Assembly (NCBI GenBank): GCA_963664325.2
Contig: CAXXDQ010000006.1
Location: 102,815-166,814, forward strand
Direction: 5' to 3'
Source: Desulfomonilia bacterium
GTDB lineage: Bacteria; Desulfobacterota; Desulfomonilia; UBA1062
Length of the DNA: 64,000 nucleotides
Below the pieces are notes generated by a model. That model was not told the origin of the DNA. It was given only the letters and a program-made list of their open reading frames with translations, and made no database searches. Shown piece after piece: positions 40,135 to 50,347 of this stretch. Every line of letters starts with the position of its first letter. The first letter of the stretch is position 1. A program made the translations under genes and the position numbers.

Positions 40135-41103
40135 GAAATCAGTTCTGCAATCCTTTCAGCGAAATAGGTGATGATCATGTCAGCGCCGGCACGTCTGATG
40201 GCAGTAATGCTTTCCATTATCGCCGCATCTTCATTTAAAAAACCTTCAGAAGCGGCGGCCTTTATCATGGCGTATTCACCCGATACCTGATAGGCTGCAA
40301 GCGGTTCATCGAATTCGTCGGCCACCGACCTTATTATATCAAGGCAGGGCATGGCCGGTTTGACCATGATTATATCAGCGCCTTCCTCGACATCGAGCTC
40401 AACTTCACGGATGGCCTCGCGTGAATTTGCAGGGTCCATCTGATAGGCCTTGCGGTCGCCGAAAGAGGGAGTCGAGCCTGCGGCCTCACGGAACGGACCG
40501 TAAAAGGCGGAGGCATACTTGACCGAGTAGCTCATAATCGGTGTATCCTCATATCCGCCTTCATCAAGAGCCTCTCTGATAACGCCGATGCGTCCGTCCA
40601 TCATGTCAGAAGGTGCGATCATGCCGGCCCCTGCTTTTGCATGCGAAAGAGAGATCTTTGCAAGAAGCTCGAGCGTCTCGTCGTTCGAAACGCATCCCCT
40701 CTCGTCAAGGATACCGCAATGGCCATGATCAGTGTATTCACACATGCAGACATCGGTTATGATAAGGATTTCAGGCACCCTGTTTTTTATCTCGGCGATT
40801 GCCTTCTGCACGACCCCGTCTCTTTTGTGCGCCTCTGTCCCGAACCGGTCCCTTATTTGACGGGATACCGAAAAGCAGAACGGCCGGTATTTTTTTATTA
40901 AAAATATTTTTTGCAGCCTGGGCCGCAGTATCCGGTGAATACCTGAATTGTCCGGTCATGGATTTAATGGGCTCCTTGATTGATCTGCCTTCTCTTACAA
41001 ACAGCGGATAAATCAGGTTGTCCGGGCATATCCGTGTCTCCCGGACGAGTCTTCTGACTGTCTCATTCGCCCTGAGTCTGCGTGGTCTGTTTTCCGGGAA
41101 CAT
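40131..41103 (-). pseudogene. hemB: porphobilinogen synthase, split by a one-base insertion at 40850-40852
   Basis: N-part RPRRLR...LFGIP and C-part DVCMCEYTDHGHCG, SDMMDG, MVKP, AYQVSGEY lie in different frames; deleting one G gives NKDRFGTEAHKRDGVVQKA. Confidence 0.85.
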
Positions 41104-41171
41104 ATTTGCCTCCGGTTTTTTTTAGCCTATATAATTTGTACCGGATTAGTGCAAGCCTTTCGGCTTCACTC

Positions 41172-41199
41172 TCAAGGGTTTTTCCTGTGATGCCGATAA
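41172..41199 (+). promoter_or_regulatory. sigma28-like promoter
   Basis: TCAA-N16-GCCGATAA, ending 8 nt before ATG 41208. Confidence 0.55.
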
Positions 41200-41207
41200 A
41201 ACTTTTT

Positions 41208-41750
41208 ATGAAGAGAATACATCTTTTGTCAGCGGCGGTAATAATATCCGGTTTATTTATGTCATCGTCTGCCTTGGCGCTTGTCCAGGCCGGAACGCAT
41301 GCACCGGGGTTTAGTGTATCCGACGGCAATGATGTGATAATGGGTTATGAATCGTTGAAAGGAAAAGCCATAGTGGGTTTTTACGAAGGCAGGGACCAGA
41401 TCGAAAAGAACAAACAGCTTAAAGCCGTTCTTCAGAAATATTATTTTGACAACCTTGAGATAAGCTCAAAAAATGTGTTCATGCTGTCTGTGATAGATGC
41501 AACACCTGCAAATTTTATTACAAGGACCATATGGAAAAAGAACTTTATAAGGTATTCGGAGCAGAACAGGCTTACTGTTTATGGTGACTGGGACGGGTCG
41601 ATGAAGCAGGCTTACGGCCTGCCTGACGATGAATCCGTTTTTATCCTGATCGATAAAAAGGGCATTATCCGTTATATATATCCAGGTAAAGTTCCCGAAA
41701 AATACTTTACAGGAATAAAGGACCTTATCGGAAGGCTCTGCCTGGAGTAA
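41208..41750 (+). CDS. YtfJ-like periplasmic thioredoxin-fold protein (no CxxC)
   Basis: Signal peptide; APGFSV, DWDGSMKQAYGL, ILIDKKGIIRY. Confidence 0.7.
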   Translation: MKRIHLLSAAVIISGLFMSSSALALVQAGTHAPGFSVSDGNDVIMGYESLKGKAIVGFYEGRDQIEKNKQLKAVLQKYYFDNLEISSKNVFMLSVIDATPANFITRTIWKKNFIRYSEQNRLTVYGDWDGSMKQAYGLPDDESVFILIDKKGIIRYIYPGKVPEKYFTGIKDLIGRLCLE

Positions 41751-41754
41751 TCCC

Positions 41755-42555
41755 TTATACCAGAATCCGCCTGTCTGAGTACATGGCTGCCCCGCATTTC
41801 CTGCATCTGAATTCTTCACTGGTGACCCTGTTTATCTCTCCGCATTCCGGGCATTCGCCTTTCTCAAGAAAAGGGCTGTGAGCCACCAGGTATTTTACTT
41901 TCCAGGACGCATACATCCAGAGCAGAATGACGATTGAAGCAACAAGCAGGGTCTTCATCGGCAGGGAAACGAAAAGCACATAATCATATAATGCATGGAA
42001 AAGTGCCGCTGCGGCAATATACGGGAGAGCGACCCCGAAGATATTTTTCCCGGGGTGCTGAAAACGGGCGACTGCGATTCCCGTACCCCACAGAGCACCG
42101 AATCCAAGGTGCGCCGGTATGGAAAGAAAAGACCTCGGCAAAAGAATCATGAGTCCGTGCGAAAAGACATAGGATATGTTTTCTATGGCCGCAAAGCCCA
42201 GCGAAACCATCATCGCATAGATAATGCCGTCTGCCGGCTCGTCGAATTCCTTGAGGTTGTTTATCAGGAGGATCGCTGCAAGGCACTTGAAGAGTTCCTC
42301 GTTGATCCCGACGAAAAGCGACAGGATCACACCTTTATAAACCGGCATGGGAATTGTCGTATCAACCACGCCGAGAAGGTTCAAAATTACCGCATCAAGA
42401 ATGCCGGAAAAAAGAACGCTGATTATCCCGCCCAACAGCCCGATCTTGATAAGGGTAAGAATTGGCTCCCTTTCAACCTTGTCTTTCTTCATGACGAAGT
42501 AGAACCAGATACCTGTGGACAGGGTAATGCCTGCCGCGATTGTAATAATTTTCAT
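41755..42555 (-). CDS. PrsW-family intramembrane glutamic protease with a C-terminal Zn ribbon
   Basis: EELFK, FAAIEN, PAH, FHALYD; CPECG...CRKCG. Confidence 0.88.
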   Translation of the reverse strand: MKIITIAAGITLSTGIWFYFVMKKDKVEREPILTLIKIGLLGGIISVLFSGILDAVILNLLGVVDTTIPMPVYKGVILSLFVGINEELFKCLAAILLINNLKEFDEPADGIIYAMMVSLGFAAIENISYVFSHGLMILLPRSFLSIPAHLGFGALWGTGIAVARFQHPGKNIFGVALPYIAAAALFHALYDYVLFVSLPMKTLLVASIVILLWMYASWKVKYLVAHSPFLEKGECPECGEINRVTSEEFRCRKCGAAMYSDRRILV

Positions 42556-42858
42556 ATCCTTTTTAAGTTACATCAAATATTCACTCGAAATCAAATTGTT
42601 TTCTGTTGAGATAACTCCATAGTCAAAATCGGTTTTGTGGGAAATACCGGTCTATGCTTAAGGCGTATTCCCTCCAAAGTTATTCCGCGGCAGACAGGCG
42701 GCAGCATGCGAATCATGATCTGTTCCAAGTCTTTTGTTCCTATTGAATGTTTAACTTTAACCAAAAAATAATAATCTGCTTTTATCTTGACTGGATTGAC
42801 GGCTTGTCTGTAATCTCACATGAATTTAATTTAATTTTTGAAACATGGAGGAAATAAG

Positions 42859-45800
42859 ATGCCAAAGATAGCGGATATTGACAAGGTTATGATCATCGGT
42901 TCAGGTCCGATAATCATAGGTCAGGCATGCGAGTTCGATTATTCAGGGACGCAGGCCTGCAAGGCGCTGAGAGGTCTGGGTTATAAGATAATTCTGGTAA
43001 ATTCTAACCCGGCTACCATAATGACCGATCCCGGCATGGCGGATATAACGTACATCGAACCCCTGAATTTGAAGACGCTGACCGAGATCATTGAAAAGGA
43101 AAAACCCAATGCAATACTGCCGAATCTGGGCGGACAGACCGGGTTGAACCTGACATCGGAACTGGCCAAGGCAGGTGTACTGGATAAGCACGGGGTCAAA
43201 GTCATAGGCGTCGAGCTTGATGCAATTGAACGGGGCGAGGACAGGATCGCCTTTAAGGAGACAATGAACAGGCTGGGCATTGAAATGCCGAAAAGTGAAC
43301 CCGCATACTCCATTGAAGAGGCGGAGGCAATAGCTGTAAATCTCGGATATCCTGTCGTTATCAGACCTGCCTATACGATGGGCGGTACAGGCGGGGGTCT
43401 GGTTTACAATGTTGAGGAGCTAAGGGTTGTCGCAGCGAGGGGAATATCAGCCAGTCTGGTCGGACAAATCCTCATTGAGGAATCGGTTCTCGGCTGGGAA
43501 GAGCTTGAACTTGAAGTCGTACGCGATGCTAAGAACAGCATGATCACCGTATGTTTTATTGAAAATGTCGATGCCATGGGCGTTCATACCGGCGATTCCT
43601 ACTGCACGGCCCCGATGCTCACAATAAAGGAAGAATTGCAGAAACGGCTGCAGAAATACTCATATGACATTGTCGAGGCGATAGAGGTAATAGGCGGTAC
43701 GAACATCCAGTTTGCACATGATCCGAAAACGGGCCGCGTTGTCGTTATTGAAATCAATCCCAGGACGTCCCGGTCCTCGGCCCTCGCTTCAAAGGCGACA
43801 GGGTTCCCGATTGCGCTTGTCTCTTCAAAACTGGCAGGCGGCCTGAACCTCGACGAGATCCCATACTGGCGGGCCGGTACGCTTGATAAATACATCCCCT
43901 GGGGCGATTACGTGGTTGTGAAGTTTTCCCGCTGGGCTTTCGAAAAATTCAAGGGGGTCGAGGATAAACTGGGCACCCAGATGAGGGCAGTGGGCGAAGT
44001 AATGAGCCTGGGAAAGAGTTACAAGGAGGCTTTCCTTAAATCCATAAGGTCGCTGGAGATCGGCCGTTACGGTCTGGGTTTTGCAAAGGACTTCAATTCC
44101 AGGACACTGGACGAACTGATGGGCATGCTTGGCTGTGCAACGAGCGAACGGCAGTTTATAATGTACGAGGCGCTCAGAAAAGGAGCGGATATTGAAGAAC
44201 TTTATAAAAAGACCCATATAAAACCCTGGTTCATCTCTCAGATGAAGGAGCTCGTCGAACTTGAAGAGGAAATTCTGAAATATAAAGGTAAAGCTCTTCC
44301 CGATGAGCTTTTGATCAGGGCGAAGAAAGACGGTTTTGCCGATAGATACCTCTCAAAACTTCTGGGTATTGCAGAGCCGGAAATCAGAAACAGAAGAAAG
44401 GCGATTGGTGTTGTTCACGCCTGGGAGGGCGTCAATGTCAGCGGTGTCGAGAATGCCGCCTACTACTATTCGACATATAATGCCCCGGACTCGGTGCCGG
44501 TGAGCGGCCTCAAAAAGATCATGGTTCTGGGCGGCGGCCCGAACAGGATAGGGCAGGGCATAGAGTTCGATTACTGCTGCGTTCATGCCGCGTTTGCCAT
44601 AAGGGACGAGGGTCTTGAATCCATCATGGTCAACTGCAACCCTGAGACTGTATCAACCGATTATGACACGTCCGACAAGCTGTATTTCGAACCTCTGACC
44701 GTCGAAGATGTCCTGGCAATATATGAAAAAGAAAAGCCCGAAGGCGTCATCGTACAGTTCGGCGGACAGACTCCGCTCAATATTGCCAATGAACTTGAGG
44801 CGGCGGGAGTGAAGATTCTCGGTACGACCCCCGATGCCATCGACCTGGCCGAGGACCGTGACAGATTCAGGAAGATCATGGACAGGCTTGGCATACCCAT
44901 GCCCGAATCCGGCATGGCTAGTACGATGGACGAGGCTCTTAAAATCGCGGGCCGCATAGGTTATCCGCTGATGGTCAGACCTTCATATGTGCTGGGCGGA
45001 CGCGGCATGGAGGTTGTGCATGACGAGGAAATGCTGAGATCCTATGTTGCGGCAGCCAGAGGTGTGACTCCGGAAAGGCCTATACTCATAGACAAATTCC
45101 TGGAAAACGCGACTGAGGCGGAAGCCGATGCGATCGCTGACGGCAAGAGCGCGTTTGTACCGGCGGTCATGGAGCACATTGAGTTTGCAGGGGTGCATTC
45201 GGGTGACTCCGCATGCGTCATCCCTCCGATAAGCATCCCGCAGAAGCACCTGGATACCATCTATGAGTACACCCGGAAGATAGCCGTCGAGCTTGGCGTT
45301 GTGGGGCTCATGAACATGCAGTATGCGATCGCCCGTGACAGGGTTTATGTGCTTGAGGCAAACCCGAGGGCTTCACGGACCGTACCGCTTGTGTCGAAGG
45401 TGTGCAATATCCCGATGGCCAGGATAGCCACACAGATAATGCTGGGGAAGACCCTGAAGGACTTCGACCTGCACGACAGGAAATTCCCGCATTTCGGGGT
45501 TAAAGAGGCCGTATTCCCGTTCAACATGTTCCCCGAGGTCGACCCGGTACTCGGACCGGAGATGCGCTCTACGGGAGAGGTGCTGGGTATGGCCGGATCA
45601 TTCGGTGTTTCATACTACAAGGCGCTCGAAGCGGCCGGACAGGCTCTGCCGATGGAAGGCACCGTCCTTATAACGGTATCCACCCTTGACAGGCCTACGG
45701 TAATTGAAGTGGCCAGGATGTTTGAAAACCTCGGGTTTAAAATTCTGGCGACGGACGGTACCAACAGGCTGCTGAATGAGAACGGCATTAAATCAATTTC

Positions 45801-46059
45801 GATCCTGAAGCTCCATGAGGGGAGACCGAACATACTGGATGCCATTATGAATAAAGAGATAAATCTGATAATAAACACCCCCATAGGAAAGCTGAGCACA
45901 TATGATGACTCGTATATAAGGAAGGCTGCCATCAGGCATAAGATACCGTATATCACGACACTGGCTGCAGCCGTAGCAGCTGCCAGAGGCATCGAGGCCT
46001 GCAGAAAGGGAAGGGGTGCAGTAAAGTCGATACAGGAGTATCATAGGGATATAAAATAA
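42859..46059 (+). CDS. carB: carbamoyl-phosphate synthase large subunit
   Basis: GSGPIIIGQACEFDYSG, NSNPATIMTD, duplicated ATP-grasp domains, MGS domain. Confidence 0.97.
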   Translation: MPKIADIDKVMIIGSGPIIIGQACEFDYSGTQACKALRGLGYKIILVNSNPATIMTDPGMADITYIEPLNLKTLTEIIEKEKPNAILPNLGGQTGLNLTSELAKAGVLDKHGVKVIGVELDAIERGEDRIAFKETMNRLGIEMPKSEPAYSIEEAEAIAVNLGYPVVIRPAYTMGGTGGGLVYNVEELRVVAARGISASLVGQILIEESVLGWEELELEVVRDAKNSMITVCFIENVDAMGVHTGDSYCTAPMLTIKEELQKRLQKYSYDIVEAIEVIGGTNIQFAHDPKTGRVVVIEINPRTSRSSALASKATGFPIALVSSKLAGGLNLDEIPYWRAGTLDKYIPWGDYVVVKFSRWAFEKFKGVEDKLGTQMRAVGEVMSLGKSYKEAFLKSIRSLEIGRYGLGFAKDFNSRTLDELMGMLGCATSERQFIMYEALRKGADIEELYKKTHIKPWFISQMKELVELEEEILKYKGKALPDELLIRAKKDGFADRYLSKLLGIAEPEIRNRRKAIGVVHAWEGVNVSGVENAAYYYSTYNAPDSVPVSGLKKIMVLGGGPNRIGQGIEFDYCCVHAAFAIRDEGLESIMVNCNPETVSTDYDTSDKLYFEPLTVEDVLAIYEKEKPEGVIVQFGGQTPLNIANELEAAGVKILGTTPDAIDLAEDRDRFRKIMDRLGIPMPESGMASTMDEALKIAGRIGYPLMVRPSYVLGGRGMEVVHDEEMLRSYVAAARGVTPERPILIDKFLENATEAEADAIADGKSAFVPAVMEHIEFAGVHSGDSACVIPPISIPQKHLDTIYEYTRKIAVELGVVGLMNMQYAIARDRVYVLEANPRASRTVPLVSKVCNIPMARIATQIMLGKTLKDFDLHDRKFPHFGVKEAVFPFNMFPEVDPVLGPEMRSTGEVLGMAGSFGVSYYKALEAAGQALPMEGTVLITVSTLDRPTVIEVARMFENLGFKILATDGTNRLLNENGIKSISILKLHEGRPNILDAIMNKEINLIINTPIGKLSTYDDSYIRKAAIRHKIPYITTLAAAVAAARGIEACRKGRGAVKSIQEYHRDIK

Positions 46060-46060
46060 G

Positions 46061-46095
46061 GAGACAGTAGACAGGAGACAGGAGACAGGAGAAAA
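46061..46095 (+). repeat. heptamer tandem repeat (GAGACAG)n
   Basis: GAGACAG TAGACAG GAGACAG GAGACAG GAGAAAA directly after the carB stop. Confidence 0.85.
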
Positions 46096-46176
46096 GCTGC
46101 ATCAAGTCTTGAAATCATTCAAATTTTCTCAAATGGCCGCTGTTTCCTGAATTCTTTCTGATTAAAAGGGGTTAAT

Positions 46177-47232
46177 ATGTCACTATATGCTGTGATCATG
46201 GCAGGCGGGAAGGGCGAGAGGCTCTGGCCGGTTTCCTCTCCGGCAAGACCCAAGCAGCTTATTGCCTTTAGCGGTGAAAAAAGCCTTTTAAGGACTACTG
46301 CAGACAGGCTGCTGCCTCTGACAAGTCCTGAAAAACTCTGCTGCGTCACAGGCAATGATATTGCAGCCGCTGTCGCATCCGACCTTGACGATATTCCCGC
46401 ACAGAATATTCTTATCGAGCCTTTCGGACGCAACACCGCCCCATGTGTCGCCTTTGCCGCAGCCTGGATAAGCAGGTTTGATCCCGATGCGGTGATGGCC
46501 ATTTTCCCATCAGATCAGGACATCTCCGACAGCGCGGCTTTCAGGAAGGCAGTTTCATTCGGTGTCGATTGTCTTGAAGTTTTACCCGATATGCTGTTGA
46601 CGCTTGGAATCATTCCACTCTATCCCGAAACGGGCTATGGCTATATCGCGCCGCTTAAAAAGATAAAGGAAACAGGCGGACTGAGCCTGCTGGAGGTTGA
46701 CAGGTTCCATGAGAAACCTGATGCAACAAAGGCCGAGGCGTATATAAAGACGGGCTGCTTCTGGAATGCGGGCATGTTTATCTGGAAGGTCAGCACCATA
46801 CTTAAAGAACTTGAGATGAATACCCCGGTACTTTTTGAGAATGCCATGACGCTTATGAAGTCGGGCTTCAGAAACGAGGACATTTTAAAATTCTATACTT
46901 CAGCAGAATCCATTTCCATAGACTATGCAGTCATGGAAAAGTCAAAAAATGTCGGTGTCATTCCCGTTTCCTTCGGCTGGAACGATGTGGGCTCCTGGAG
47001 CGCGGTAGCGAAACTGCTGAACGAAGATGTCAATTCAAATGCAGTCCACGGTGATGCCTTCATGCATCAATCCTCGAATAATGTTATCTGGTCGTCCGGG
47101 AAGAAGATTGTTCTGATAGGTGCCAGTGATATGGCGGTCGTCGAGGGCGAAGACGCCATCCTTGTCTGCAGAAAAGACATGTCACAGGACGTCAGCCGGG
47201 TGCTCAAGCTCATGGCTTCAAAGGATGAATGA
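46177..47232 (+). CDS. manC: mannose-1-phosphate guanylyltransferase
   Basis: MAGGKGERLWP, EPFGRNTAP, ETGYGYI, F.EKP, WNAGMF, SIDYAVMEK, WNDVGSW. Confidence 0.92.
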   Translation: MSLYAVIMAGGKGERLWPVSSPARPKQLIAFSGEKSLLRTTADRLLPLTSPEKLCCVTGNDIAAAVASDLDDIPAQNILIEPFGRNTAPCVAFAAAWISRFDPDAVMAIFPSDQDISDSAAFRKAVSFGVDCLEVLPDMLLTLGIIPLYPETGYGYIAPLKKIKETGGLSLLEVDRFHEKPDATKAEAYIKTGCFWNAGMFIWKVSTILKELEMNTPVLFENAMTLMKSGFRNEDILKFYTSAESISIDYAVMEKSKNVGVIPVSFGWNDVGSWSAVAKLLNEDVNSNAVHGDAFMHQSSNNVIWSSGKKIVLIGASDMAVVEGEDAILVCRKDMSQDVSRVLKLMASKDE

Positions 47233-47259
47233 GAATAGTCCTCAGGCAGGTAATTCTTT

Positions 47260-47580
47260 ATGGATCGAAATTTAAAGTCGTGCCACCGCTGCGGCAAATG
47301 CTGCATGACAAACATGTTCGCCTTTGTTACCGAAAAGGATCTTTCAAGATGGAAAGATCAGGGCAGGCCGGATATTGCGGGTACGCTTGAAAGATGCGGA
47401 ACAGTCTGGGCTGGTGACAGGATTGTATCATCGAATACCGGTTCAAGCCTTTCGCAGTGCCCTTTCCTGATAATTGGAAATGAAATCTGCTCCTGTTCAA
47501 TTTACGAGACAAGGCCCGGGGTCTGCGCTGATTACGCTCCGGGCTCCTCAGCTCTATGTCCGCAATGGGAAGGGTATTGA
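47260..47580 (+). CDS. YkgJ family cysteine-cluster protein
   Basis: CHRCGKCC, CPFL, CSIYETRPGVC. Confidence 0.85.
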   Translation: MDRNLKSCHRCGKCCMTNMFAFVTEKDLSRWKDQGRPDIAGTLERCGTVWAGDRIVSSNTGSSLSQCPFLIIGNEICSCSIYETRPGVCADYAPGSSALCPQWEGY

Positions 47581-47603
47581 AAGTACGAGACCCTGACTGG
47601 CCC

Positions 47604-49472
47604 CTACTCCAAACCCGATTCCTGAGAAAAGCCTATCGGAACAAAAGACAGATCCCTGATGCCAAACGGTTTTTTCTCTAGGGCATATGACAGGCCAACC
47701 AGGAAATCGTTTATTCCCTTAAGATAATCCCTTCCGTGCGCTTTTCCGAGAGACTGCATTTCCCGGTAGCAGGAGCAGGCTTCTTCGTGCCTTCCCATCA
47801 GGTCCAGGCATTGTCCCGCAAGCAGCCTGTGCAGGGCCAGTTCGTTCGGGGACTGGAGAAGCGTGAATGTTGCTTTAATGCGCTTGAGGGCCTCGGTGTA
47901 TCTGCCTGCATGGATGAGAAGGCGTGCGGCCATTTCGTTGTATACAGGCTCTCCCGGGTCAGCGGCTGCCGCATTGTCAAGATGGGCAAGTATCATCCGG
48001 GTATCGTCGGGATTCTGTTCAAACAGGGCGAAAGCCTGCATGTATTCATAAAGTCCACGTTCATGTGAGGTGTCCTGCCAATTGTAGCCGGGGAGAACCG
48101 GCGTGTCCAATTCGGATATGCCTCCTGCAAGTTCGGCTGCAAGATCAAAGCCGGTATATGTGTTGTTGCATGCGGGCTCTTTTCCTGTTGCAACCCAGAA
48201 CAAGCCGCGTGCAGGCATGAAGACCGCCGAGGTGACATTGTTTGCGGCACAAACGCCTATGCCGGTGCTGCGCTCGGTCTTTGTAACGGTATCATAATGA
48301 TCGCCCATGATTTCAGCCGCCTTTGCGGGAGTGATATGCCCCCGCGACTGAGCGATCAGGGCATCCAGTCTTGACAGCCGCCCGAAGAGGTCCCGCATCA
48401 CCAGATTATGACGGGCCATTAGGTCCCTTGGCTGGAGCTCATTCGATGTCGCGCAGTTTGTGAGGCGCACGTAATCGTCCTTCATGGGGACAATTCCCAG
48501 AACATTGCTGACGGCCTCCATTGCCACGGCCTTGCGGCTCTTTCCGTCTGCGACGACAAGGCCGAAACTTCCGCATACAGGCGAGCGCTTTACAATCTCC
48601 ACCGCTTCATCGATGGAGGATGCCTTTCTCATGATCTCGTTTTCAAACACGGTGAACGAAATACCCTGGGGTTTAGCCCCATCGAATGCCATAAAGTGTC
48701 CGCCCACCACGAGCCCCTTCGCATTCATCGCCGTATTGCACTTTATGAGCCCGGCCGTATCCACACGCACATAGGCAATGCCGCCCCGGGGCTTGTAGAA
48801 AAACAGGACCTGGTTGTTCATCCACCGGCCCTGTCCCGCATAATCGGTGTTGCGTCCGAACACCAGTTCACCGTCCGGTGTGTTCGGACCGGCCGCCGCA
48901 AAGCTTGAACATTCCGGTGAGACGACAAGTTTGCCCGCCCTCGCCTTGATCTGGCGTACCGCCATTATCATGGTCAGGTCTGACTTGAAATTGGCGATGA
49001 ATATTTCACGGTATGGTATTCCGCATCCGTCGGAGATGCCCTTGAGTTCTTCGAGATATTCACGCGGGGTGGCGCGTTCAATGGGAGAGAAAATCGAAAT
49101 CTCAAGGTACTTGGTGAGCAGCCAGCGGAGCCATGCCGGTTTTTTCCGGTACTCCAGAGTGTGTCCTATCGGATCGGAAAATACCGGCACCACTCCGTTT
49201 CTGATTTCGTCACGCAGCAGGGCGCCGTGCTGATAGCCCATCTCGTAAGGCGAGCCCTCCAGATGAAGCATGATTGTCCCTTCTTTGCGCTCTCTCCATG
49301 CCGTACCGAGATACTGCCGGGCACCTTTTTGTTCAAACGCCTGGGTGTTGATGCCTGTGCTTTCCTGACGGTAACGGTTCCCAGAGCCGAGGGTGCGAGC
49401 AGTGAAAAGCATGAAGCCGGAAATGATTATAAGCAGGACAGTTACCAGAAGGATCATGCAAACCTTTTTCAT
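47604..49472 (-). CDS. C45/acid-ceramidase-like Ntn hydrolase with C-terminal TPRs
   Basis: N-terminal anchor; GSPYEMGYQHG, ECSSFAA (nucleophile Cys), GRNTDY, MNAKGL; TPR-like helices. Confidence 0.8.
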   Translation of the reverse strand: MKKVCMILLVTVLLIIISGFMLFTARTLGSGNRYRQESTGINTQAFEQKGARQYLGTAWRERKEGTIMLHLEGSPYEMGYQHGALLRDEIRNGVVPVFSDPIGHTLEYRKKPAWLRWLLTKYLEISIFSPIERATPREYLEELKGISDGCGIPYREIFIANFKSDLTMIMAVRQIKARAGKLVVSPECSSFAAAGPNTPDGELVFGRNTDYAGQGRWMNNQVLFFYKPRGGIAYVRVDTAGLIKCNTAMNAKGLVVGGHFMAFDGAKPQGISFTVFENEIMRKASSIDEAVEIVKRSPVCGSFGLVVADGKSRKAVAMEAVSNVLGIVPMKDDYVRLTNCATSNELQPRDLMARHNLVMRDLFGRLSRLDALIAQSRGHITPAKAAEIMGDHYDTVTKTERSTGIGVCAANNVTSAVFMPARGLFWVATGKEPACNNTYTGFDLAAELAGGISELDTPVLPGYNWQDTSHERGLYEYMQAFALFEQNPDDTRMILAHLDNAAAADPGEPVYNEMAARLLIHAGRYTEALKRIKATFTLLQSPNELALHRLLAGQCLDLMGRHEEACSCYREMQSLGKAHGRDYLKGINDFLVGLSYALEKKPFGIRDLSFVPIGFSQESGLE

Positions 49473-49617
49473 ATATTCCCCAATGAGTTTATTTTTATCG
49501 GTACAAAAAAGTAAACCAGGCGGTAACAAACCTGGATTACTGTTATGAACATGCCTGCAATTAAGCAGTAGATAAAATTCACATCGCAGAAGCTGAAAAC
49601 TTCAGGTGGTTCAAACC

Positions 49618-50184
49618 TTAATTGAACTTAACCTGCGGCACCGCCTTCTCGGCCTCCGGGATGTCGAAATACTGGGCCTCTTTCACACCGGCCCAGCTGG
49701 CGAAGATGCGTCCGAAGAAAGATTTGACATAGGAATTCAGAGCCATGACCGCATCGTTATATCTTTTGCGTTCGACGGAAATGCGGTTTTCCGTGCCTTC
49801 AAGACTATCCTGGAGCTTCAGGAATGATTCGTTTGCTTTGAGTTCCGGGTAGCGCTCCTGGAGCAACAGGAGCCTGGAAATCGCACCTTCAAAATCCCCG
49901 GCGGCCTTTGCCTTCTCGTTGACAGACTGTGCAGAGAAATAGGATTTACGGGCATTTGCAAGCGATTCGAAAACCCCTTTTTCGTGCGCGGCATAACCTT
50001 TAACCGTCTCTACAAGATTGGGAATAAGGTCAAAACGTCGCTTGAGCTGCGTCTCGACCTGGGCCCACTGCGCTTTTACCGCTTCGTTCATGCGGATGGC
50101 TTTGTTGTATTGGGAAATGGCCGCTCCCCCGAAGACTACGATAATGCCGATTATTATTCCAACAACGATTAATGCCTTTTTCAT
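49618..50184 (-). CDS. lemA: LemA family protein
   Basis: W..V...L.RR.DLIPNLV, E.YP.LKAN, LEGTENRI.V.R.RYN. Confidence 0.95.
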   Translation of the reverse strand: MKKALIVVGIIIGIIVVFGGAAISQYNKAIRMNEAVKAQWAQVETQLKRRFDLIPNLVETVKGYAAHEKGVFESLANARKSYFSAQSVNEKAKAAGDFEGAISRLLLLQERYPELKANESFLKLQDSLEGTENRISVERKRYNDAVMALNSYVKSFFGRIFASWAGVKEAQYFDIPEAEKAVPQVKFN

Positions 50185-50204
50185 TTATCCTCCCTGTTGG
50201 TAAG

Positions 50205-50335
<131 letters not shown>

Positions 50336-50347
50336 CTTGTTTTTATA

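Noticed and set aside
41755-42555. PrsW protease as the processing enzyme for the CFI tails
   Set aside because: Not adjacent to any tailed gene and PrsW proteins are widespread; there is no sequence support here
42859-46059. carB without carA as a novelty
   Set aside because: Unlinked carA and carB genes are common; nothing unusual in the protein
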